A DNA stretch of 61,126 nucleotides, counting the filler, from Squatina squatina (Eukaryota): NCBI GenBank assembly GCA_031763465.1. It is 4 parts of 4 records of this genome, joined end to end, with 100 filler letters (N's around TTAATTAATTAA, not from the genome) between each part and the next. Parts side by side here need not be neighbours in the genome. Positions count along the whole stretch, not along the records: positions 47,291 to 61,126 come from JARFOE010000219.1; 3 more parts are not named here. One strand, given 5' to 3'. The notes beneath the pieces were generated by a model. That model saw nothing but the letters and a program-made list of their open reading frames with translations, searched no databases and was not told the origin of the DNA. The first letter of the stretch is position 1. Each line of letters starts with the position of its first letter. The position numbers were made by a program, and so were the translations under genes. Of this stretch, positions 49,881 through 61,126 are shown in pieces.

Positions 49881-50755
49881 TGCAGTTTACTAAATTATAA
49901 AATGCACTTAACTGAAAATGCTGAAGTGTAGACGTTTAGTGCCAACTTAAATTTTTCTGATTGAGCCACAACAATCAAAAACCAGGATTATGGCATTTTG
50001 TGAACAATGAATCTTTAAAAGTTTGCACTCTCAATCACTTCTGTGGTATTCATTTGACACTTCAAATATTCATCCATATTTTTCAACTAACATGACAGAA
50101 CAAAGGACTCCCCCACTAATTGATGTGCTACTTTAACTTTATAAATAGCCTATATTGTAGTTTTTACTCACTAATCCTACAGAGCCAAAATGTCATGCTC
50201 AAAGCAGCAATAAATTCCAATAACCAACTTTGTACTAATAGCTGAATTTCAAACATCCTACATCTAAAAAAAAAAATCCCACTATTTAATTAACTCTTAT
50301 GCTGCCAGTAATACTATAAAAGATTCGTCAGATACTGCAACTTAACTCATGTTTGGAACAAGTTTTAAAGTCTACTTCAGTCTGTTCTGAAAATCAGACT
50401 GAAGGGTAAGTGCCAACATTTTTAACAAAGAATCCAGTGAATCCATGCCAATTTCTACTCAGAGGGGGGCAAAAAATGCGTCTGCAATATTACAAACCAT
50501 AAATATTACATTTTATGTATTCGCAATTTCAGAAGTCAATGCTTCAAACAAAATTAGCATTAATTAAAGTATTATTTAGCTCAATNNNNNNNNNNNNNNN
50601 NNNNNNNNNNNNNNNACTGCTGTATTTAAAAGCGCGCTGAACGACCTATTGTAAATCTAAAGTGAGATTCACTCAACGAGCACGCCTTGTTCTTAATGCG
50701 ATTTCCAAAGCATCTCTGCAGTCTGTGCGCGTTGCCGACCCCCACCCCCCTTTAC

Positions 50756-50990
50756 CTGCGGATGCAGTTGCCTTGGTAACAGGCTGTCCCCTGGAGTCTG
50801 ATACAAGCGGCTGCTTCACCTCGGCTCGCCAGCTCTCTGCTGCTGCAGCTGCATCCCCGCCAGCAACAGCCACCCCCGCCTGCGGACTGCCACCGACACC
50901 ACGACCACGGTCACGGTCAGTCTGCTCAGGACCCTCTCCTTCGCTCCACTCTCCCTTTGCAAACTGCTGGACGAAAGGATTGTTCGCCAT
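50756..50990 (-). CDS. RTN1: RTN1 (reticulon-1) isoform A, coding part of exon 1
   Basis: MANNPFVQQFAKGEWSEGEGPEQ...GSPQAG...SDSRGQPVTKATASA-G|GTAAAG: 235 nt, phase-1 donor. It resembles human RTN1A exon 1 (..W...GEGE...PQAG...SPVAMETAST-G). It is also divergent from LRRC9, matching the known RTN1-LRRC9 synteny. Confidence 0.8.
50767..50780. promoter_or_regulatory. RFX X-box GTTGCCTTGGTAAC inside the RTN1 coding exon
   Basis: Matches GTNRCC-N(0-3)-RGYAAC and is near-palindromic. Confidence 0.6.
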
Positions 50991-51059
50991 GATGGGTGGA
51001 TGGATGGATTACGAGGAGATGCGTGTTTTTAAAAAGAACTTGGTTTCTTTGTGCAACTG

Positions 51060-51145
51060 TTTTCACTCCGACTCCCCGCCTCTCTGTACGCATGTGAAAA
51101 TGGCTTGTTTGGTTCAATGTTTCTACCCTGACGTCACATGTGGGA
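51060..51145. promoter_or_regulatory. RTN1/LRRC9 promoter motifs: GC box and a full CRE overlapping an E-box
   Basis: CCCCGCC at about 51074-51080, TGACGTCA at 51129-51136 and CACATG at 51135-51140, about 140 nt upstream of the RTN1 ATG. Confidence 0.5.
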
Positions 51146-52092
51146 GGATGAACTAAAAGATTGAGATGGCTGATGGGAATCATTCCGACTACAACTCAAT
51201 GTAAATATTTATATACTGGAAATAAATCAATACAATTATCAACTTGCCAGTTTTTTAAAAACATTTTTAAAACATTAAAAGCATTGACTATTTCTAAAAT
51301 GTTATAAGCGTATAATTACACTGGAGTCACTGCAAGAAGTTGTTCATATCTGAATTTTTAAAATCCCATCTCTGATCTGTACTCGCATACCTAACCGATG
51401 CCTGCGCGATCATGTTTTATTTAACGCCCCTCCTTAGGACTGAAATGTAGCCCTTGGGTTTTTACCATCCGCTCGTACATTTATGTCCCACCCATTGAGA
51501 CTGGTGGAATTTTGACCAGAATAAGTGGATCCATATGGCACCGCCTTTTTTATCGCCCTTTTGTCCATGGTGGAGATTTTCTTCACCACGTACGTATTTG
51601 GAAAGTACAAAAAATTGATCTACCTTCTGCTCAGGTCTTCTCAATTGTCATGCATGTTTACAGATCTGATTATAAACAATAACAACTTGAGGCAGTTTAT
51701 TTGTAGTACAGTCTGAGCCCCAGAAAACCGACTTGTCAGATTCCTAATTATAATGTTTGGAGATGATGACCATGAAACCTGCAATGGTATGCTGGCAAAA
51801 GTGAGAAACTGTTAATGCCATTGTTTTACTTTAGTGGACCATGACACAGGTAGTTTCTGTTTGCAAAAACAAAATTAACAGAACAAGATACAATCGACAC
51901 ATTAATTAATTGTCTCCATTCTGGAAATAGGTTGATAAAAATCTCTCTTCCCTAAAGCTTTCTGGTTTAGTAGTAAGGTATAGTACTTCACAACAGAAAG
52001 GTACCTTGTTGGTAAGTACACATGGTCTTCTAGTGAGATGATCATTTAGATTAGCTATTTATATCAATAACTGTTCTAAATCAAAATGAATG

Positions 52093-52141
52093 AAAAGGTA
52101 GAGAAATCAAATCAATAAAAAGGTAGAGAAATCAAATCAAT
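52093..52141. repeat. Direct tandem duplication (25-nt period)
   Basis: aaaaggtagagaaatcaaatcaat occurs twice. Confidence 0.9.
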
Positions 52142-52976
52142 GAGAAGCCTTTATAATGGGAACAGATGTTGCTGTATAATTGTTGAAAAGAACAGGCACA
52201 AAGTAGACAAGAAATACATTTTTCAGGTATCTGCAAAAAGTTAATTATTAAAAATTATCAAGAAACTATTCATCTAAACCTGATAGAGAAATCACCAAAT
52301 ACGAACAATTAAGTGCACTAGCATACAACTTTAAAAAAAAACTGCATTACACAAGTACATTCTATCTCAAATAAGTTAAATAGAGATGAAGCATCTAATG
52401 TCCAAAACTTGCTACATACTACACATGCCACAAACCCCTATATACTTGCAGAATATATAATACTCCAAGCAATCTTTCATTAATTGGCTCGAGAGAGTCA
52501 AATATATGATGGGGGTGTAAAACTGCAGTGGAATACAGAGCAAGAATTATGATCAGACACACTTTATTCAATCACTGCAACTTGTCTTTGCATAGTAATA
52601 GAAAAATAATGAACACGCTANNNNNNNNNNNNNNNNNNNNNNNNNNNNNNNNNNNNNNNNNNNNNNNNNNNNNNNNNNNNNNNNNNNNNNNNNNNNNNNN
52701 NNNNNNNNNNNNNNNNNNNNNNNNNNNNNNNNNNNNNNNNNNNNNNNNNNNNNNNNNNNNNNNNNNNNNNNNNNNNNNNNNNNNNNNNNNNNNNNNNNNN
52801 NNNNNNNNNNNNNNNNNNNNNNNNNNNNNNNNNNNNNNNNNNNNNNNNNNNNNNNNNNNNNNNNNNNNNNNNNNNNNNNNNNNNNNNNNNNNNNNNNNNN
52901 NNNNNNNNNNNNNNNNNNNNNNNNNNNNNNNNNNNNNNNNNNNNNNNNNNNNNNNNNNNNNNNNNNNNNNNNNNNA

Positions 52977-53220
52977 ATGAGGGAGGGAGAGAGGTAGAGT
53001 GTGTGTGTGAGAGAGTGAGGGAATGTGAATGTGTGTGAGAGAGACGGAGGGAGAGAGGGAGAATGTGCGTGTGTGAGAGGGGGGGGGAGTATGTGTGTAT
53101 ATGTGTGAGGCAGAGAGAGAGCAGGAGTGTGTGTGAGAGAGAGTATGTGTGTGAGAGACAGAGAGACAGAATGTGTGTATGAGAGAAAGAGAGAGAGGGA
53201 CTGTGTGTGTGAGGGAGAGG
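52977..53220. repeat. GA/GT-rich compound simple repeat
   Basis: Directly visible; flanks a 356-N gap. Confidence 0.9.
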
Positions 53221-53604
53221 TATCAGTCAACCGTGGAGCTCTGCCATTCCAGCTGCAGTTTGTCATTAATCATAAGAGTTTAACATATAGTGAAATCTTT
53301 ATCTTCACTGACTGACACACAATGGTTTATTTTAGATAATTAGTCGGTACGAAACCTCCCTACAGTTGGATTCCTGGCATAGATTCCTTCTTTATATTGT
53401 AACACTGCACTTCAAAAGGTTTGCTGTGTTCCATCGGTGAAAGATTGAGTGAATAGCTACTTCGGCCTTTTAAAGTCTGTGCAGTTACTCAGAAAGCAAA
53501 TAGACAAAACTGGGTGTTTTGATTAGGTTCTCCAGAAAAGAGCCAACAAACAGCTTAACCTTATTGCCAAACAATATATTTTTTTAATGTTTTCTATTTG
53601 TCAG

Positions 53605-53823
53605 TGTATATCTAATGCATTGTCATATGAGAGGATTGCTCAGGAAGGACCAGGAGTCACTGAACTGGAAATGTTTTTCTCGGGATATCCTCGAATGGTG
53701 GGACTGCTATACTTCCCAAATTTAGTTGTTCTTACATTAGTGAAGCAGAATATCAGACGAATCGAAGGTTTAGAAGCATGTCCTTTGCTTACTGAACTAT
53801 GGATCGTAGAGTCCCACTTAGCG
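53605..53823 (+). CDS. LRRC9: LRRC9 exon (N-terminal LRR region)
   Basis: tttctatttgtcAG|CISNALSYERIAQEGPGVTELEMFFSGYPRMVGLLYFPNLVVLTLVKQNIRRIEGLEACPLLTELWIVESHLA|GTGAGT. Matches LRRC9 CLCNGLSYE...LEMFF.GYPRIVGL..FPNL. Confidence 0.92.
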
Positions 53824-54560
53824 GTGAGTTGCATGTTTTGGTGGAACGCAATAAGAATACTTTGAGTATCAGTGATGGGTAGTAGAAGTCTCTGTCATTC
53901 TTTTTCTAAATAGTCCTTTTTGTTAGAGTATGTCAAATACTATTAAATCAACATTGAATGACCTTTGTAGATTTTAAATTGTATTGACTTCCTGTAACAT
54001 AACATTGGTAAATTACATTTGTATCTAATTAACCAAAGATTTAGATAAGTTACAGAGCCATGTAATGTTTTCATAACTTACAGCATTCTTTGAAAAACCT
54101 TGTTAAAAGCTTGTTTATAACCTTGTTAAAGTTTTTGCTTCGAACAAATATGTTATCCCAATCCCAAGGAATTACTAGTGACTTTATATATTTTGAATCC
54201 TCATGATCTTTGCATTTCTAAAGTCATGGAACCAAAGTATTAAGTTGCCGTTAGTGGTCCAGCTGAAAATAATTTGCAGCAGCTCAACATTGCCACCAGC
54301 AGGCATTTGTAGATGCTACAAATTTAAAATTGAATTTTAAAAAACTGGTTACAAGACTATGGGAGTAATTATCAATTTACCATTAGAGTGTAAAACTGGC
54401 ATGATGTGTCATTTGCCGATTAAGGAAACTGCCTGATGACCCTTTCCAACATGCAAGACTGACTCGCAGAGGCTGCCAGTTCCAAAACAGCCCTCAATAT
54501 TGAGTTAATGCACATAAAACCTGCAGTGACAAATGGACTTGTCATCAATTAAAAGCACTA

Positions 54561-54714
54561 TACTGCAGATGCTGGAAATCTGAAATAAAAACAGAAAATG
54601 TTAGAAATACTCAGTAGGTCATGAAAATCATTGACCCGAAACGTTAACTCTATTTCTCACTCCACAGACGCTGCCTGACCTGCTGAGTATTTCCAGCATC
54701 TTCTGTTTTTAATT
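54561..54714. mobile_element. Penelope-like terminal-repeat remnant arranged as an inverted repeat
   Basis: Arms 54587-54621 and 54676-54710 are near reverse complements. The core ttgacccgaaacgttaactct...cagacgctgcctgacctgctgagt is shared with 60940-61031. Confidence 0.65.
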
Positions 54715-56073
54715 TTGTCTTAAATTAAACTACAGACATATACCACATTAACTCAAGCATGTAAAACTGTATCCCAGCAGTGGATAATTGAGGCATTGCT
54801 GAACTGTGCTGTGTATGTCAAAGGTACAAGGTTTATATTTAAGGGGTGTCCTGAGTGTGATAATAACCGATGGGAAATTTAGAGTTTGGACATTTTATTT
54901 AGTGAATTTTCCAGCATTTAGTAGTCTATTGAAATTATGCCTCTCAAGCCAAGGTTAATGGATTGTATTTTGAGGCTGTAATGGCGACGAAACTGTCAGC
55001 AATTGCCATCATTACCCTGCAAAACTGACAGCAACTTCTGGCGTCCACACATGCACAGTTAAATGTGGAAATCAAGAGGTTGCTGTCAGTGATTCCCTGC
55101 TGCTCCACAGGGCACGCTATTGAAGTTCCCACAGACAAAAATCTTTTTGAAATCATTGAACTGATGAGAATTTCACCTTGAACACTCGAATATCGCTGTT
55201 AAAAACATCTAAAGTAGTTAAGTCTTGTTCATTTGTGGTGTAACTGGATTTTTAATAGTATAGTAAGTCATAATTACAGCTGAACAACCTCCCTGAAAAA
55301 CTAATTTTATATTTGTGGAGTGTCAATTTTTTTAAATTATGATAAAGTTCAATTTTTTAATATAATAAAAATAAAGTTTTTTAANNNNNNNNNNNNNNNN
55401 NNNNNNNNNNNNNNNNNNNNNNNNNNNNNNNNNNNNNNNNNNNNNNNNNNNNNNNNNNNNNNNNNNNNNNNNNNNNNNNNNNNNCAACAATGGTAAAATA
55501 GCCTGATGTCTTTGTGTCAAAGCTCCTACATGAAGAGTGACACTTGGGCAAAGTACAGCAAAAGGTCAATGCATTCAAGAGGGATTGGAGAAGAATTGGA
55601 ACGAAATATGTGTGTATATATGAGCTGGATATCTAAACTGAGTGAATGTTAAATGGATAAATATATGTGGTTGCCATAGATGAGTGGAATATAGTGGTTG
55701 TCCCCCTATTGAGATTATAGAAATGTAATCTCTGAAATGCAATTGATTGGGTTTGAATAATATAAATTGTATAGTTAGATTGACATTCTGTCATCTACAG
55801 AGGTTGGGAATTGATTTATTTCTTTGCGTTCTATCTGTGATTCCTTACCTCCCTCAGGACATTGCACAAATTGGTTGGAATCCATGACAGTGCAAATTAC
55901 ATATGATCTGTTGGAAGAAATTGGAGGGATGTGACAGGCTGATTGTTCTTTGGTCTTTGCTTGCTCCATATTAATGCTATTTTAGATATACACTTTCCAT
56001 GTCAAACTTGATCGAACATAAAGTATTCAATTGCAAAAAGTTATTGAATCAAATTGTTTAACTTTGCTTTTAG

Positions 56074-56214
56074 GTCAGATCATCATTGCCAAAGTCTTCC
56101 TTGGCCGCAGTGTTCAGGCTCTTGATTCAGAATGTGTAGAACGAATAAATTACCCTAACGCAAATTCTGTCTATAGACCTCGAAAAGTGGACACCAGATC
56201 TGCAATTGATAAAG
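56074..56214 (+). CDS. LRRC9: LRRC9 internal exon (central non-LRR region)
   Basis: ctttgcttttAG|(G)QIIIAKVFLGRSVQALDSECVERINYPNANSVYRPRKVDTRSAIDK-G|GTAATG. 141 nt, phase 1-1. Matches LRRC9 ISKVFLGQSVQA...NYP..NSV..PRK. Confidence 0.88.
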
Positions 56215-56319
56215 GTAATGAAATGCATAATACATTGGTATTGCTTTTAAAAAATAAATGGTCTTTGAATAATTTTATGGCCAGGAAAAGCAAGAAATAA
56301 AAATAAAAACCAAGACGCT

Positions 56320-56441
56320 GGAATAATCTTATGTGCAGGGAACATAAAAACTGACTGTAAAAGTTTCTATAGATATGTGAAGAGAAAAAGATTAGTGAAG
56401 ACAAGCGTAGGTCCCTTACAGTCAGAATCAGGGGAATTTAT
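56320..56441 (+). mobile_element. CR1 ORF2 linker fragment
   Basis: NIKTDCKSFYRYVKRKRLVKTSVGPLQSESGEF. Confidence 0.75.
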
Positions 56442-56541
56442 NNNNNNNNNNNNNNNNNNNNNNNNNNNNNNNNNNNNNNNNNNNNNNNNNNNNNNNNNNN
56501 NNNNNNNNNNNNNNNNNNNNNNNNNNNNNNNNNNNNNNNNN

Positions 56542-57277
56542 TGATGCCTGCTGCCTGGCATCATCTTGGTGTGCCCTCATCTCTCTCGCATCCAAAAGGA
56601 GGTGATCCCTCTACCTCATCTACCTCATGTGGTGTCGGTGGAGATCCCACTCCAACATGAGTAATGCCCCCCATGGCCGAATAGTCACATTGGTCACGAA
56701 GCGAATGGGTCAGGCAAAGATAAATATCAATGTGACTCGTCTCTCTGCTCCAAAAGGACACCATCCCCGCACCTCCATCCCCACTCCTACATTAGTGATG
56801 GCTCTCATGGCCAAATAGTCAAATTTAAAAAAATCAAAAGTGGGCAGGAAAAACCACTTTTTACAGTAAGTTAACCACTTTTACACTTTCAAACAATGCC
56901 TTCAGCCCCATTAAGCCAACAAAATGGCAATTGAAAAAAGAGTTTTTAACGCTGATTTTCTTAAAAATAAACCTTAACCAATACTCCAAACTGGGTGACA
57001 GTGCCCAAAAAAATGGGCGTTGACACCGCTAGCTTTAAGGTTCATCAGCCTTCACGAATTTTTAAATGGGCGACCATTTTGGGCGTTGCGTCTACTGATG
57101 ACGTCATTGACGGCATCTAATGCTGGATGCTGAGTTTCTAGCCCTAAAGGCTTAAAGCCCATTTAGCGCCAGCATTAAGGGGAGACAAATTTCCCATCGG
57201 TAAATTCAGTGCCCAAAATCGGTGCTAGGCTGATAACGCCAATTTAACGCCCCAAAAAAGGATGAATTGGCTGCCCT
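56542..57277 (-). mobile_element. Harbinger-like element end with a decayed ORF start
   Basis: MG/ALLMLEWDLHRHHMR*MR*RDHLLL is homologous to 15959-16075. Terminal region contains cccatttagcgccagc and TGACGTCA and ends gaattggctgccc|tta. Confidence 0.6.
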
Positions 57278-58065
57278 TAGCTTTTTAATAGGAGCACACT
57301 GCTACCACTACGGAGTTCTGTCTCACTGTAGTTACATGGTGATATGGTTGGAATAAGCGAATTAAAGATATGGCAAAATGCAGCTGTAAATATACCTGCT
57401 ACAGGCAGTTTCTGATGCTTCAAATAAAAACAGATTTTTCATAATCAGCTTCTTAGAGGAAATCCAAAATCCTTTCTCAACAGGATGGTAATCAGTATTT
57501 ATTTCTATCAAATGAGTGAATGGGAAGTAAAAAAAAAACACAACTCCCCTCATCCTATGGAGTTTCTTATTATATCCGAGTTGAGAGAACATTTTTTAGA
57601 ATATTGCATCTGCTATATTACCCGCTTTGTAGCAGCCATAGCTCCCCTGCTGGATATGTCCAACTTGTAAGTAGTATTTGCATTGTCGTTCATGGAGTCA
57701 ATAACTCATTCAACCATCCTCCCATTTAAAATTTGATGAATGAAGAAGGGAATTAAGAAATTCTAATGAAAATAAAGACAGCATTTTGCAGAGTGTTTAA
57801 ATGAATGTGTTTAATCAATTATTTTTTTTTTACAAATTGAATTTATTTAGAATGATCTGCAATCATTTTATNNNNNNNNNNNNNNNNNNNNNNNNNNNNN
57901 NNNNNNNNNNNNNNNNNNNNNNNNNNNNNNNNNNNNNNNNNNNNNNNNNNNNNNNNNNNNNNNNNNNNNNNGGGATTATTGCCATTTGTATCTATACATG
58001 TTAGTTTAGATTGTGGTAAATAAAAAGGGTAAGTCATAACATAGGTACTTCCTTTTATATTTTGA

Positions 58066-58392
<327 letters not shown>

Positions 58393-60376
58393 TAATGTAA
58401 GAGGTTTTGCAAGCAACCAAATATGTCAAGACATGCATTTTTGCAGTTCAAGAATAACCCCTCACATGGACATGCAAATACAGTCAGCTAAGAGAACTTG
58501 AAACTAGCTGCTAGGTTGTCGATTGGAAGTGGATATGACACTATTTTCTACTAAGACATGCAGTGCGATGTGAATACCGGCTGTTCCTTCTGCCAGTAGT
58601 ATGATGTTCAATTGTGCTAGCAGAGTGATGGATCTAACCTAACCACAGATCTTCAATGCCATTTACCCTGAGCTCATCACTAGCTACTTGAACCAAGAGA
58701 TCATAAAATCATAGAATATTACATTATAAACCATTCAGCCTATCAAGACTGACTAAGTGCTTTTCTCCACATGTTTCATTGACTCTAATTCCACTCCCCA
58801 TCTTTCCTTGTATATTTCCTTTTTGCATCAGGTATGAAAAGGCCAAGTTATCTCAAATCAAANNNNNNNNNNNNNNNNNNNNNNNNNNNNNNNNNNNNNN
58901 NNNNNNNNNNNNNNNNNNNNNNNNNNNNNNNNNNNNNNNNNNNNNNNNNNNNNNNNNNNNNNTTGGCCCTCCCCTTTAATGGAAGGGAGGGCCCCTTCTA
59001 CGTGGCAGCTCTACACATTGCAGCATGTAGCACTGCGCTGCTCTTATTTTGCTTCTGCCCTGCTCGCGCTCCACAGAGCAAGTGGAGCACGTTATTTTGC
59101 ACTCCACTTGCTCTCATGGGTGGTAAGCCCAATGTCACGAGCGGGGCTTGACTTCTGCGCCTGGTGCAGGAAGTCTCGCCTCGCGGCTCTTGCCGCCCCC
59201 AAACGGGGCGCTATGTAATCCCCAACCCCAACCCCCCCCTTGTCTTGGGTACAGCAATATGAGTCACTCCAGTAAGTGGCCTGAGCATCTTGTGTTTAGG
59301 AATGTGTCTGCACTGCCTAGTATACAACTTATCGATAGTATTCCACTTTTGGTCTGAACTGGATATTCACATCTTTCACACTTTCACCCATGTGTGCTCC
59401 TGCAATCATTTTGAACGGGAACCAAGAAATTGCTTGGTAAGACAAGGCCATTAAGGGACTTAGTTCAATCAATGCAACTTGCCTTCATGCAATAATATTG
59501 AATACAGTATACCTCTCCATACCTGTTGGTCTTCTTGCTTGACATAAAGTAACTTCCAACTGTCCTCCTGCATTCTAAAGTTGAGCCCTCACAGTTTTCT
59601 CTTTTTAAGAACCCTGACTGACTGCCTGTTTCTCTGTCTGTTTTGTAAAAAAAAAAAATCTGCTTGTGTCAAAATCAAAGAGGAGAGGCTGTGCCAGATA
59701 AACCTGCCGAGAGTCAGGGACCAGGGACCTCCCAATATAATGGGTGTGAGGTTCTTAGCAATACCAAGGCAGGCTAATGAATTATTGTTTACAGTCTTTT
59801 GGAAAATCACTTCAAAGTCAAGCTCATCAGCTTTTAAGCTACCTTTTTGTTTTAGTACTTTTTTAAAATGTCTGTTGATACACAGTGCTTTAAGACACAA
59901 TCCTTACGTGTAACTGTTGAATAAAATTTGTTTTATGTAAAATGTGCAACTGATGAAAAAAAAATCTTGAGATTTCTCAGGGTCTGAAACTTCCATCATC
60001 CTTAACAGCTCACTCCTACTGTTACATTTCCAATTGAACAGTGAAATTCAGCATTTAGAACTTAGCTACAACCCTATATCCAGGAACAATTTTCTTTCCC
60101 AGACCCCCACTGGGGGCCCAACAGGCACAACCCTGTGCTTGCTGCAGGACCAGTACTCCCTTGAAACACCTTGCACTGGGATTGGGTGGGAAATATGGTG
60201 AAAATAGGAATGTAGCCACAGTGGCACAATCAAATTTCTAGGTAACTGTATATTAAATTAAATGTGTATATTTATAAATTAAAAATTAGAAGTTATTTGC
60301 AGCATTTTACTTTTGAAACCTGAGTACGGTTAGGGCCATATAAAAGCATTACCTCAAGTTTTGTATTTGTACATAG

Positions 60377-60478
<102 letters not shown>

Positions 60479-60660
60479 NNNNNNNNNNNNNNNNNNNNNN
60501 NNNNNNNNNNNNNNNNNNNNNNNNNNNNNNNNNNNNNNNNNNNNNNNNNNNNNNNNNNNNNNNNNNNNNNNNNNNNNNATTTATACTTGAGTGGATGCAC
60601 ACATTTTTTATATGCGCATCATACATGGTATTTGACTCATTTCAACTCTTTCCATTGTAG

Positions 60661-60878
60661 GCAATTTTATTAGTCAGATTGAGGGCCTTGATCGCCTTCA
60701 GTACCTTGCTGAATTATCATTGGAGCGAAACCGGGTCAGAATGATTCATGAGAACTCCTTTTTGGGCCAAAGCGCTCTCATTGAGCTCCATCTAGAGGAG
60801 AATAGGATGCGTGACCTTAACAACCTATATCCACTGGTAAAACTGCAGCGACTTTTCCTTGGTGCGAACAAAATCCAG
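60661..60878 (+). CDS. LRRC9: LRRC9 internal exon (C-terminal LRRs)
   Basis: tctttccattgtAG|(G)NFISQIEGLDRLQYLAELSLERNRVRMIHENSFLGQSALIELHLEENRMRDLNNLYPLVKLQRLFLGANKIQ|GTAAAG. Confidence 0.9.
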
Positions 60879-60939
60879 GTAAAGAAAGAATTCGCATTTA
60901 TATAGTGCCTTTCAATACCTCAGGATGTATCAAAGACCA

Positions 60940-61031
60940 GTTATTGACCTGAAGCGTTAACTCTGTTTCTGTATCCACAGATGCTGCCTGTCCTGCTGAG
61001 TATTCCCAGCATTTTCTGTTTTTATTTCAGA
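60940..61031 (+). mobile_element. Penelope-like remnant, preceded by a Deu-SINE tail at about 60885-60935
   Basis: ttgacctgaagcgttaactctgtttct...cagatgctgcctgtcctgctgagtattcccagcattttctgtttttatttcagat. Confidence 0.6.
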
Positions 61032-61126
61032 TCCTAGTCCTCTTTAGCTTGGGCATTTGGAGCTAATTGAGTGATATTATTTTTTGTGACTTCTACTTTG
61101 AAACAAAATATGTGTTCATTTTACAG

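Noticed and set aside
50662-51156. 164-aa plus-strand ORF
   Set aside because: It is the antisense shadow of GC-rich RTN1 exon 1, has a non-ATG start and contains no recognisable domain.

Overview
This is vertebrate nuclear DNA, not prokaryotic. The repeat content (CR1 and L2 LINEs, Deu-domain/SacSINE1-like, AmnSINE2-like and LF-SINE-like SINEs, Harbinger and Penelope remnants) points to a cartilaginous fish, probably a shark. The window is a fragmented assembly. Three artificial spacers (N44-TTAATTAATTAA-N44) at about 14.5, 30.4 and 47.2 kb join four probably unlinked pieces, and many placeholder 100-N gaps hide sequence of unknown length. Recognisable genes are: the 3' part of a large ZFAT exon (+, 25545-26015), RTN1 isoform-A exon 1 (-, 50756-50990), and five LRRC9 exons (+, 53605-60878) head-to-head with RTN1. 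A CpG-island promoter with a first exon lies at about 29.5-29.95 kb, and there are a few orphan exon-like segments. Most of the remainder is decayed transposable elements, including a three-exon Harbinger Myb/SANT gene remnant. Almost all ORFs in the supplied track are spurious or run through gaps. The most interesting signal is a consensus RFX X-box inside the RTN1 coding exon, next to the cilia gene LRRC9; it may be a dual-coding (protein plus regulatory) site. I see no evidence for a novel multi-gene system. Family and gene names come from my recall of reference sequences and need BLAST/Dfam confirmation.
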